Assembly (NCBI GenBank): GCA_964585885.1
Contig: CAZPFQ010000001.1
Span: forward strand, 1 to 61,473
Reading direction: 5' to 3'
Source: an uncultured Candidatus Saccharibacteria bacterium
GTDB taxonomy: Bacteria; Patescibacteriota; Saccharimonadia; Saccharimonadales; UBA10212
DNA length: 61,473 bases
A program made the position numbers and the translations under genes. The notes under the pieces were generated by a model. That model searched no databases and was not told where the DNA came from. It saw only the letters and a list, made by a program, of their open reading frames with translations. Positions within the stretch are counted from its first letter, which is position 1, and every line of letters starts with the position of its first letter. Shown piece after piece: positions 27,035-36,179 of the stretch.

Positions 27035-27878
27035 ACGCTCTCGGGTCTCAAAACGGCCTATCGAGCCAAAGACTCCAACTTTGAGCTACTATCGCTCGGG
27101 ACAGCCTCGATCAGAAAGCCCTTTCAGGAAGAAAAAACAACCACGGCCATCTCGCTCCATCGGGAAAATTATGGACGTGGCGATATTTTGCGCGGTTATT
27201 ATCTTGGTAGTTTTGGTTCTGCTTGTCAGAGGGCAACCAAAAATCAATATAAGTAGGGACTACTATAACCGGGCGACAATGTACACAGCTGCTATCAATA
27301 GCGGCTTTAGCTCTGCACAAAATCGAAACAAACTGACCTTTAACGAAAGAGCGATTTTGGAGAAGCTAGAGAAGGAATTCCCCGAAATTGTTGGAGGCAG
27401 TGTCAACCTGCCGATACTTGGCCAGACGCCATCCATAAGACTAGATGTATCGGGCCCTAGTCTGGCATTGGTGAACCACGGAGTTTCGTACGTCGTGGAT
27501 GAACGGGGAACTGTCATTGGACCACGCTCTGAGTGGCCTGATTTATCAAGGCTACCTAGGGTTGTCGATAGCAGCGGCCTCCAGGCAGAAACAGGCAAAC
27601 AAATTCTGGCTGCCAACGAAGTCGCATTCATAAAAACCGTTCTTGCCCAATATGATAGGGCTAATATCCCGATAGAGGCAATTAGCTTGCCAGGAACGCC
27701 TCAAGAGCTAGACGTAAAACCTCGCGATAGAAAATACACCATAAAATTTAATACCGCAAGCGACGGATTAGTTCAAATTGGCCGGTCACTGGCGGCGCGC
27801 AAGCAATTTGATAAACAAGCAAAACAACCTTCTCAGTATTTAGATGTAAGGGTCGACGGCAAGATATATTACCGCTGA
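27024..27878 (+). CDS. ftsQ: FtsQ/DivIB-like cell-division protein
   Basis: Basic cytoplasmic N-terminus, one TM (VAIFCAVIILVVLVLLV) and a POTRA-like extracytoplasmic domain. It follows murG at the end of the dcw cluster and overlaps the murG stop by 11 nt. Confidence 0.6.
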   Translation: MMNKRSRVSKRPIEPKTPTLSYYRSGQPRSESPFRKKKQPRPSRSIGKIMDVAIFCAVIILVVLVLLVRGQPKINISRDYYNRATMYTAAINSGFSSAQNRNKLTFNERAILEKLEKEFPEIVGGSVNLPILGQTPSIRLDVSGPSLALVNHGVSYVVDERGTVIGPRSEWPDLSRLPRVVDSSGLQAETGKQILAANEVAFIKTVLAQYDRANIPIEAISLPGTPQELDVKPRDRKYTIKFNTASDGLVQIGRSLAARKQFDKQAKQPSQYLDVRVDGKIYYR

Positions 27879-27906
27879 TTTTTAATATAGTAGTGGGTTT
27901 TTTTCA

Positions 27907-29340
27907 CTAGCCCAGTTTTTTTCGCTCCGCCGGAGGATTGTTTTGAATACCGAACCATCCGACCGTGCTCGATACAAATGCGAGGCCGGCAACCATGATC
28001 ATACCTACACGAAAACCGTCTTTGGATGATTGAACTTGGCTAGAATCCGTCTGATTAACACCGAGAGGAACGGCCGACTTATCACTAACATTGGCAAAGA
28101 ATACCACTGATATCACCATCCCGATAATTGCTACAGTCGTCAAGCTTCCCAAGCGCGAAACCGTATTATTGACACCCGATGCTATGCCGGCGTAAGACGC
28201 CGGAACAGCCTTTAAGGCGGCGGCCGTTATCGGTGCTACCAGCATGGCCAAACCTAATGAAAATGCCACGAGGCCTAGCCCGCCCAGTAGCCACGCGTCA
28301 TTCTTTGAATCAATGAATGAGAATATTAGAGCGCCAAACCCTATCAGAGCCGGCCCGACGGTAAGTAATAGCCGTGGGCCAATGCTGTCGGTCCTGGCTC
28401 CAAAGAAAGGCGCCAGGATTATTAAAACAATGCTCGTTGGAATTAAGAACAGGCTAGAAGTGATAGGTGATAATCCGAGGAATTGAAGATAAAGTGTAAA
28501 GTAAACAAAAATTCCGTAAAGAGCGCCATAAATTAAGAATGTCTCTAGATTCGAAAAGCTAAAGTTTCGAATTTTAAACAATTTGAGCGGGAGTAGGGGA
28601 TTGCTTTGTCTGATCTCGACCGCGAAGAACGCCGCCAGGCCCAGCAACCCGGCAAATAGAGCCCACAAGAGTCCACTAAAGCCAGATTTGGCGCCCTGGA
28701 CCAAGAAATAGGTTAATAAGCCAAAGCTGAAGGCTATTAATAGAGAGCCATAAATATCAAGCGGCTTGGCTTTTACGGCCTTGGGTTCGTCCGGAACTGC
28801 TCTTTTTGCCCAGTATAGAACCAAAGCAGCCAAGGGAAGATTGATGTAAAAAATCCAACGCCACGAAGCCCACTGGGTAAGTGCTCCACCGAGCGGCGGA
28901 GCTATTATTGTCGATACACTAGTCAAGGATGTCCAAAGCCCAACAGCTTTACCAGCCTGGTCTGCGTAAACACTGCGCAGCCAAGCCAAGCTGTTGGTTG
29001 TTACGAAAGCACCACAGACCCCTTGAAGAGTCCTTGCAGCGATTAGCCAAAATCCGTCAGGTGCCACCCCGGCTAGAGCTGATGCCAGCGCAAATCCAAT
29101 TATCCCTCTCACAAACACGTAGCGGTGGCCTAGCCGATCTCCGAGCGCGCCACCTACGAGGTATAGGGCGGCGAGAGCCAGTGAATATGATAAAAATATC
29201 CACTGTTCTCCGCTTAGTCCCAAGCCAAGTGATTTCTGAATAGTCGGCATGGCAACTATCACAGCCGTGGCGTCTATAAAGGCCAGGGAAGAACCTAGAG
29301 CCGTCGCCGCAAGCGTGAACTGCTTCTGAGTAAGCATCAT
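27907..29340 (-). CDS. MFS transporter, DHA2-like (14 predicted TM segments)
   Basis: 477 aa and highly hydrophobic, with MFS motif A-like GALGDRLGHR and motif C-like IAPPLGGAL. Confidence 0.8.
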   Translation of the reverse strand: MMLTQKQFTLAATALGSSLAFIDATAVIVAMPTIQKSLGLGLSGEQWIFLSYSLALAALYLVGGALGDRLGHRYVFVRGIIGFALASALAGVAPDGFWLIAARTLQGVCGAFVTTNSLAWLRSVYADQAGKAVGLWTSLTSVSTIIAPPLGGALTQWASWRWIFYINLPLAALVLYWAKRAVPDEPKAVKAKPLDIYGSLLIAFSFGLLTYFLVQGAKSGFSGLLWALFAGLLGLAAFFAVEIRQSNPLLPLKLFKIRNFSFSNLETFLIYGALYGIFVYFTLYLQFLGLSPITSSLFLIPTSIVLIILAPFFGARTDSIGPRLLLTVGPALIGFGALIFSFIDSKNDAWLLGGLGLVAFSLGLAMLVAPITAAALKAVPASYAGIASGVNNTVSRLGSLTTVAIIGMVISVVFFANVSDKSAVPLGVNQTDSSQVQSSKDGFRVGMIMVAGLAFVSSTVGWFGIQNNPPAERKKLG

Positions 29341-29936
29341 TGATGTTTAGTATAGCCTTTAACAAAAACTGACGCACCTATCGATGCCCTACACTAGTTC
29401 GTATTTTGTTCAGGATAGCGACCTCAAGTCAATATTGAGAATGCTTACTATTATACTAAATAGGGAATTGTCAAATATTTGATGGCCGTAAGCAAGGCAG
29501 GGGAAAAACATATAAATATATCAATATAGCGAAAGTCAAATACCGGATTGCCGGGTTGTGGATAACTTAATCAAATTGATAAAACCGGTTTGTAGTCGGG
29601 TATCTAATTACAGCTATGATTGTCATTCGTATCCCAAGCGATAGGTTAAATTGCTTTGACTGTGCATGCACTCGCCGTATCTCCCCTAACAGGGGGGTAC
29701 TGCTTATCATTAATTCACCAATATAATACGTCGTAAAATATACATTGTGCGACATTGTCATTGTCTGCCAATCCAGCGTTCCCTACACCCCTTTTGGCTC
29801 CTGTGTATATTATTTTGTTTATTAATTTTCTGTAATTAGCGCCTACCCTTCGTCTAGCTCGCTATTTTCATACAGCTTCACTTAATTGCCTTACCAGTTA
29901 ATGTTCGTAAAATGTACGGTATATAAATAATAACAA

Positions 29937-32537
29937 TTAACGTAAACGGATAACCTGTTCTGAGTCAGATGTTTTAACCGTTGGTTGTTTGTGGTTATTA
30001 TGAGTAGGTTGCGTATTTTGACCATTGCGGCTACGTGAGCGTCGGCGTCGGCGTCGCTTAGATGGCCTATTATCCGTCTGGTTATCAAGCGGGGTCACCA
30101 ACTTGGCAGCGACCCTACCAATTTTTGCCGGAGTCCTGTGAGGGTTTGAACCGCTGGGCGGCTTTTGGGTCTGAACGATTGGTTTAGGAACTTGTTGCTT
30201 AGGCTGAGCCGCCCCCTTTAGCTCAATCTTGTTGGCCGCAGCGTGAATTACGGCTTCTATGGCTGAGCGTGGTTGAGCGTGCCGCTGACGCGACAGTTCG
30301 GCTATGTGGGTGCTTAGGTCAGTACCCGGCTCTGGCAAATTAAGTGTTTTGGCTGAAAAGGCCGGTGCTTTCTCGCCATCTATTGTCATGCTAATAACGA
30401 AGTAACGATTATGTTGTTGGATTAAGTCGGGTGACTCGAACTGCGGTTCGAAATATTTCTGCAAGAAAGGCGAATCGTCCGGACTAACTCTGAAACTCAT
30501 GATAGTGCCGACATTGCCAAAGACCGCGTCACGAACGGGCTGATCCATTTGTGAAATGTATTGGTTGGCGATTGTCAGGTTTAAAGCGTATTTACGAGCC
30601 TCGCTGAGTATTACGGCAAAACTGTCGGTCGCGAAATTCTGGAATTCGTCTACGTATAAGTAAAATTGCCGACGTTCAGGTTCAGGCACGTCGGCCCGGC
30701 TCATTGCCGCCAGCTGTATTTTTGTAACCATCATGGCGCCAAGTACAGCCGCGTTATCCTCGCCGATTAAACCGCGGCTAAGGTTGACTATCAATATTTT
30801 TCCTTCATCCATGATTTTACGGATATTGAAGGTACTTTTCGGCTGGCCAATGATATTTCTAACCATTGGATTAGCCGTGAATGCGCCGACTTTGTTAAGC
30901 ACTGGCGCAACGGCCTCAGTAGCAAACTTGTCATTCCAGCTAGCGAACTCATTTACCCAAAAGTTGCGTACTACTGGGTCGGTGATGTGGCTGATAACTC
31001 CTTCTCGGAACTTCTTTTCGGTGAGCATACGAGTTATATCAAGTAGCGTTGAATCCGGGTAATCTAGAAGCGCCAGAAGTGTGTATCGCAAAATATATTC
31101 AAGCCTCGGCCCCCAGCTGTCGGCAAAAAGCCGCTTTAGAACCCCGACTAGTTCTGAGCTTATGTGTCCCTTCAATGTTGGATCAATGACCTCAAGCGGG
31201 TTAAATCCGATAGGGTAATCTCGGTCAGCCGGGTTGAAATAGACAACGTCATCGACGCGCCTCTCCGGTATGAAGCGCAATACGTGTTGTGCATAATCTC
31301 CGTGCGGGTCTATAACTGCAAACCCCTGGTCCCAGTAGATGTCGGACAACGTCAAAAGCTCCAAGGCCCCGGATTTACCAGTCCCGGTCTGCCCCAATAT
31401 GTAGATATGCCGACCTCTGTCTCCGCGGTATATGCCAAATACCGTATTGTCTCCGCGGAAATTCGTTACACCGAACAAACTGATATCAGTCTCTTTAGAT
31501 ATTGCCTGGATAGGTACGTTGGACGGCGGTTCGGCAGTCTTAACAGTAGCCCAAACAATATTAGGCGTTTCAACTGTCGTATGCGGCAAATGGAACAAAC
31601 TGGCCAGCTCTTCTATGTTCAGAATGTACCCTTGGTCAATAAAAAAACGCGTTTGATACTCGAGTTGTTTATCTCTGTTAAATGTACCTTTGGTGGCTTG
31701 AAAACCGTTCAAGTTTGTAGTGTTGAACTGCTTGAAAGCGCCAATCAAAGCCTGCATGCGTAAGCGGGCCGTGCGCTGATCGTGTCCGGCATAAAGCAGG
31801 CGTATTTTGACCTGATAGCCCAGTTTTGTGCTCTTTTCCTCAATGGCACTTATACGGCTTTTGTCTCGCTCCGATAGCTCTGGCTCGGCTTTGTTGGTGT
31901 CGGACGTTGATGGCGGTCTGGCCAAAGCGGCGAATGCCTGGGCGGCGTAACTTACTATTTCCCCGCCCCCGACTCCCTGGCGATTTCGAATTCGCGCCAC
32001 GGTCTTAGTGCTTTTCCTGTGCCAGTTATCGGGAATTGGCCTGGCCATTATCTGTATCCACATTTCCTCGTCTTCTTTGTCAAGCTTTGCCAGCGTCGCG
32101 GTAATAGCCGCCAGTGGGTCTACTTCAAAGCTGGGAAATGTTTTGATTGGCAGCGTCTCATTGTCTGAAAGCTCGAGTTCGTTGCTATGGATAACTGTTT
32201 GATGGAGTCGCCTGTCGGAATAATCCTCCTCCTGCTCGTAAATATGCGCCGTTGGGTATTGGGCGTATATCTGCCCCTCAACGAAGGCTTGCAGGTGTTT
32301 GGGCGTCCAGATATAGAACCGGATGCGTTGGCCTATGGCAGCGACCTCCATACTAATATGCTCTTGTAGCGTGCCCGAGGTGCGTAGCTCTCGCTTAGAG
32401 CGCAGAATACCGTGCAGAGCCGCCAACATCTGCTCAGCCGCTAGCTCTTTCTTGTCGTTAGTACGGGGTACCTCCAGCATTAATAAGCAATGCTCGTGAG
32501 CCACCTTAACCATTTTTTTACTACTAAGTATTCCCAT
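29937..32537 (-). CDS. TraD/VirD4-like (FtsK-HerA superfamily) P-loop ATPase without membrane anchor; unknown ~350-aa N-domain and Arg-rich C-tail
   Basis: Walker A ILGQTGTGKSG, Walker B FYLYVDEFQNF and a TraG/TraD C-terminal-like segment ARKYALNLTIANQYISQM. There is no hydrophobic N-terminus. The tail contains KRRRRRRSRSR. Confidence 0.7.
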   Translation of the reverse strand: MGILSSKKMVKVAHEHCLLMLEVPRTNDKKELAAEQMLAALHGILRSKRELRTSGTLQEHISMEVAAIGQRIRFYIWTPKHLQAFVEGQIYAQYPTAHIYEQEEDYSDRRLHQTVIHSNELELSDNETLPIKTFPSFEVDPLAAITATLAKLDKEDEEMWIQIMARPIPDNWHRKSTKTVARIRNRQGVGGGEIVSYAAQAFAALARPPSTSDTNKAEPELSERDKSRISAIEEKSTKLGYQVKIRLLYAGHDQRTARLRMQALIGAFKQFNTTNLNGFQATKGTFNRDKQLEYQTRFFIDQGYILNIEELASLFHLPHTTVETPNIVWATVKTAEPPSNVPIQAISKETDISLFGVTNFRGDNTVFGIYRGDRGRHIYILGQTGTGKSGALELLTLSDIYWDQGFAVIDPHGDYAQHVLRFIPERRVDDVVYFNPADRDYPIGFNPLEVIDPTLKGHISSELVGVLKRLFADSWGPRLEYILRYTLLALLDYPDSTLLDITRMLTEKKFREGVISHITDPVVRNFWVNEFASWNDKFATEAVAPVLNKVGAFTANPMVRNIIGQPKSTFNIRKIMDEGKILIVNLSRGLIGEDNAAVLGAMMVTKIQLAAMSRADVPEPERRQFYLYVDEFQNFATDSFAVILSEARKYALNLTIANQYISQMDQPVRDAVFGNVGTIMSFRVSPDDSPFLQKYFEPQFESPDLIQQHNRYFVISMTIDGEKAPAFSAKTLNLPEPGTDLSTHIAELSRQRHAQPRSAIEAVIHAAANKIELKGAAQPKQQVPKPIVQTQKPPSGSNPHRTPAKIGRVAAKLVTPLDNQTDNRPSKRRRRRRSRSRNGQNTQPTHNNHKQPTVKTSDSEQVIRLR
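29939..29951. repeat. left copy of a 13-bp perfect inverted repeat (AACGTAAACGGAT)
   Basis: Exact reverse complement of ATCCGTTTACGTT at 33774..33786. It overlaps the last codons of the ATPase gene. Confidence 0.8.
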
Positions 32538-32623
32538 GTCTCTAGTGTTTAATTATAAACCATGGCGAACACCTTAGTAGCCGGGATCATATCTGGAAAC
32601 TAGCGAAAGACTTTGATTACGAG

Positions 32624-33658
32624 TTATTCTGCCAAGTCGTACGTCGCTTTGGCGACACGTTTGAATTGCGGTTTACCCTGCAGGTTGAGCAAGATGGTCG
32701 TTTCTTTTACCTGTCGGCTTTTAAGGACTCTTCGAACTATCTCGTCTCGATGAAGCGGCCCGCCTTCTTTTCTCAACACTTCACTAATCACATCAGCTAC
32801 TGTTCCTTGTTTGTAACCCCATTCTTTCAGGGCGTATATCCCCCGCCCTATCAGTACAAACCGGCCGTCTTTTATGAGTTCATTGTGAATGGCTTGGGTA
32901 GTAACGTCCTTGCGTTTAAACTCACTCTTTTTAATCGCGCTGGCAATTTCCGAAAAATGCATCGGTTTTTTATTGTCGTGGAGTATGACATATATCTTGT
33001 CTCGGATGTTTTTAGGATTAACCATCGGCCACTTGACAAGGCCCCATCTGCCATGAAGATTAGCAACGTTCTTGGATATGCTGGCAAGAGCTTCGACATG
33101 AGCATTGTCACTATCGCCGACTTCTTTGGAAATTGTAGCGATATCCGTTGGCCGGTCTATCTTCTTTATGGCGTCGATAATCTTGTCTACTTGCTCACGG
33201 ATCTTCTTTTCACTGTGAGCGGCCTCAAGTCCAATGGCATGGAAAAAATGGTCACTCTCATCAACTACAGCAATTGCCGGGCTTAAATGACCCAAAAAAG
33301 CTATTCTCGACTGGCTTAGTTTGGCGTCGCCGTTCGCAAGTTTGGGCGCTATTTCACTGGTCCTGGCAAGGTTACCGGTCTTTTTTAGCTGCGCGCCTAC
33401 ATCACTCTCGACAGTTTTTATATGCGGTAGGTCGCCAGCGCCGGCTTTTAACTTCGTAATAACGGACTTCTCAAGCTGTCGGACTCGTTCACGGGTTATG
33501 CCCAGTAGCTCGCCGATTTGCTCTAAGGTTTCCTTTCGGTCAAAAAGACCGAAACGACGCGAAATTATCTCTCGTTCGCGCTCACGCTCAATAGTATTCA
33601 AAACATCGCGAACGATGTTCTCTAGATCAAGAGTTGCGGTTGATTCTGCTTCTTCCAT
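32624..33658 (-). CDS. DNA-binding protein: sigma-70 region-4-like HTH plus two HARE-HTH-like winged helices
   Basis: EIISRRFGLFDRKETLEQIGELLGITRERVRQLEKSVITKLK is region-4.2-like. The C-terminal repeats are PMHFSEIASAIKK...GRFVLIGRGIYALKEWG and VADVISEVLRKEGGPLHRDEIVRRVL...KATYDLAE. Confidence 0.6.
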   Translation of the reverse strand: MEEAESTATLDLENIVRDVLNTIEREREREIISRRFGLFDRKETLEQIGELLGITRERVRQLEKSVITKLKAGAGDLPHIKTVESDVGAQLKKTGNLARTSEIAPKLANGDAKLSQSRIAFLGHLSPAIAVVDESDHFFHAIGLEAAHSEKKIREQVDKIIDAIKKIDRPTDIATISKEVGDSDNAHVEALASISKNVANLHGRWGLVKWPMVNPKNIRDKIYVILHDNKKPMHFSEIASAIKKSEFKRKDVTTQAIHNELIKDGRFVLIGRGIYALKEWGYKQGTVADVISEVLRKEGGPLHRDEIVRRVLKSRQVKETTILLNLQGKPQFKRVAKATYDLAE

Positions 33659-33697
33659 TCCTACGCTTTCACCTTACAATTGGCGGACAATCGTACT

Positions 33698-33726
33698 ATT
33701 ATATAACGAAAATTTTTAAATGTCAA
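33698..33726 (-). promoter_or_regulatory. consensus sigma-70 promoter TTGACA-17 nt-TATAAT for the sigma-r4/HARE-HTH gene
   Basis: The minus strand reads TTGACAtttaaaaattttcgttaTATAAT, with -35 at 33721..33726 and -10 at 33698..33703. AAGGTG lies about 13 nt before the ATG at 33658. Confidence 0.6.
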
Positions 33727-33773
33727 AACACCTTAGCTAATATTATTTTAGCATCTATTAGACTTATCCGCCA

Positions 33774-33786
33774 ATCCGTTTACGTT
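33774..33786. repeat. right copy of the 13-bp perfect inverted repeat (ATCCGTTTACGTT)
   Basis: Exact reverse complement of 29939..29951. It lies about 50 bp upstream of the -35 of the promoter above, and a partial copy TTATCCG sits at 33764..33770. Confidence 0.8.
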
Positions 33787-33858
33787 TAAATTACTACAAT
33801 AAGACTTTGTCAAAGAGGAAAATATGTGGAAAAATGCTTATATTTAAGATAACGCCCC

Positions 33859-36135
33859 TTATTTATTGGCCTTAGCTTTTTTCTTTTTAAGTATTTCAGT
33901 AGCCTCGGCCTCGCTTAACTTGGCACCATCTATATTTTTTGGAATACGGGCATTACTCTTCCCGTCTGTTACGTATGGACCATATGGCCCTTTAAGTATC
34001 TTGATTTTTCCAAAATCGGCAATTTGTTTCTCTTTGTCCTTTTTGACTTTTTCGCTCAATAGCCGCCTAGCCTCCTCTTCAGATATGTGAAGTGGATCAT
34101 GCCCCTTGATTGACGTATACTCCGAGCCTACTTTTATGTAGGGTCCATAGCGTCCGACGTCAGCGATAATCTCTAGTCCGTCTGTTGTCTTGCCCACTTC
34201 TCTAGGCAGATTAAACATCGGCAAAGCCGCATCTAAGGTAACGTTGTCTAAGCCGAACCCTTCTGGCAACGGTGCAAATTTTGGCTTTGGAGCCTCTTTA
34301 TCTTTGCGCTCAGGGGTATCGCCCATCTGTAAGACTGGCCCGAAGCGCCCATAGCGCACAATAACCAGCTGGCCACTTGATGGGTCCTTCCCAAGCTCCC
34401 GGACTTGCAATGTCTCTTTACGACTAGCGCTACTCGACTTATCAATTAGTGGGTGAAAGTGCTCGTAAAAGTCTTTTATGGTTTCCTGCCAGCGGTTTTT
34501 ACCTTCGGCGATATCATCGAAATTATCTTCTGCTCGGGCTGTAAAATCATAATCAATAACACTGGCAAAATACTTCATCAAAAAGTCGGTTACGATATCC
34601 GCTAACTGAGTTGGTATTAATTTATTTCGATCAGCGCCAACAACCACGGGCATCTCTTGCTTGCTCAGTTTTCCGCCAGAAAGCCGTATCTGTTGAACCA
34701 GCTTTTCCTCGCCTTCTATATCTTTTTTCTCTATGTAGCCTCTGTCCTGGATAGTGCCGATGGTTGGGGCGTATGTACTCGGGCGGCCGATTCCTAGCTC
34801 TTCGAGCTTTCTGACTAGCGATGCCTCGCTGTAACGCGGCTGGGACCGGCTGTACCCCTCTGTTGCTATAGCCTCACTCAAGTCTAGTTTTTCGCCGACG
34901 GATACTTCTGGGAGTATCTGATCATCTTTACTGCCGCCATAAACCTTAAAGAAACCATCGAAATGCAGAACCTCGCCGCGGGATAAAAATAGCCTTTTGC
35001 TGTTGCTGATTGAGATTTGAATATCCGTGCGTTCTATGACGGCCGCTGCCATTTGTGACGCAACGGTCCGCCGCCAGATAAGCCCGTAAAGCTTTTGCTG
35101 CTGTGAATCTCTGCCGGCTTTAGTGGTACTAAAGTTTGAAGGGCGAATGGCCTCGTGTGCCTCCTGGGCCCCCTGGGTCCGTGTCTTATATTGGCGGCTA
35201 TCGGCGTATTTTTCGCCATAATTTTTAATAATGTATTTGCTAGCAGCTGAAATCGCCAACTCTGACAGATGAGTACTGTCGGTTCGCATATAGGTTATAT
35301 GACCGTTTTCATAAAGTTTTTGAGCTAGAACCATAGTCTGGCGTACGGAGTAACCCAGCTTTCTGGAAGCCTCTTGTTGGAGTGTGCTAGTAGTGAAAGG
35401 CGGCGAGGGTGTGCGCTTGCCGGGCTTTTGCTCTAAGTTTGCCACTTCGAATTTAGAGCTGCTGCAGTGTTCCAAGAACTTTTCAGCGGCTGCTCCATCG
35501 GCTAACTTTTCATCAAGTTCTGCCTCGAGCGTGCCCTTTTTGGTCTTGAATGAGCCGGTAAGCTTGAATGAACTTTCTGCCTCGTGGGCCGAAATTTCTC
35601 TTTCTCTTTCTACAATTAAGCGTACAGCTACACTCTGGACCCTACCGGCGCTCAATCCCGCGCGTACTTTCTTCCAAAGGACCGGACTAAGTTCGTAACC
35701 AACCAATCTGTCGAGTACTCGCCTGGCCTGCTGGGCGTCGACTAGGTTGGCGTCGATATGCCGAGGTTTCTCAATCGCTTTCATAACGGCCGTTTTGGTA
35801 ATTTCATGAAAAACTATCCGATTAGTCTTGCCAGGTTCAAGCCCAAGGATATAGCAAACATGCCAAGCAATGGCTTCACCTTCTCTGTCTTCATCGCTGG
35901 CCAGCCAAACAACCTTGCCCTTGGCTGCTTTCTTGAGTTTGGCGGCTACTTGCTTCTTGTCTGGGCTTATTTCATATTTCGGTTCGAAATTTTTTTCAAG
36001 GTCGACACCAAGCTCTTTTTTCGGCAGGTCTCGCAAGTGGCCAAACGTGCTCTCGACCTCATAGTCAGAACCCAAAAAGGAGGCCAGCGTACGGGCTTTG
36101 GCCGGGCTTTCGACAATCACAAGGTTTTTTGCCAT
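33859..36135 (-). CDS. topA: DNA topoisomerase I
   Basis: TOPRIM N-terminus LVIVESPAKARTL, DEDREGEAIAWH and active-site Tyr context GHITYMRTDS. 758 aa. Confidence 0.97.
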   Translation of the reverse strand: MAKNLVIVESPAKARTLASFLGSDYEVESTFGHLRDLPKKELGVDLEKNFEPKYEISPDKKQVAAKLKKAAKGKVVWLASDEDREGEAIAWHVCYILGLEPGKTNRIVFHEITKTAVMKAIEKPRHIDANLVDAQQARRVLDRLVGYELSPVLWKKVRAGLSAGRVQSVAVRLIVEREREISAHEAESSFKLTGSFKTKKGTLEAELDEKLADGAAAEKFLEHCSSSKFEVANLEQKPGKRTPSPPFTTSTLQQEASRKLGYSVRQTMVLAQKLYENGHITYMRTDSTHLSELAISAASKYIIKNYGEKYADSRQYKTRTQGAQEAHEAIRPSNFSTTKAGRDSQQQKLYGLIWRRTVASQMAAAVIERTDIQISISNSKRLFLSRGEVLHFDGFFKVYGGSKDDQILPEVSVGEKLDLSEAIATEGYSRSQPRYSEASLVRKLEELGIGRPSTYAPTIGTIQDRGYIEKKDIEGEEKLVQQIRLSGGKLSKQEMPVVVGADRNKLIPTQLADIVTDFLMKYFASVIDYDFTARAEDNFDDIAEGKNRWQETIKDFYEHFHPLIDKSSSASRKETLQVRELGKDPSSGQLVIVRYGRFGPVLQMGDTPERKDKEAPKPKFAPLPEGFGLDNVTLDAALPMFNLPREVGKTTDGLEIIADVGRYGPYIKVGSEYTSIKGHDPLHISEEEARRLLSEKVKKDKEKQIADFGKIKILKGPYGPYVTDGKSNARIPKNIDGAKLSEAEATEILKKKKAKANK

Positions 36136-36179
36136 ATGCTTGCCAGCATAGCAAGTAGGGCTTAGTCGTCAAGGCTAAT

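Noticed and set aside
30040-30060. (GCGTCG)x3 microsatellite in the ATPase gene 3' region.
   Set aside because: It is in frame, encodes the Arg-rich tail (RRRRRR), and has only three hexamer units. It is not a convincing variable repeat.
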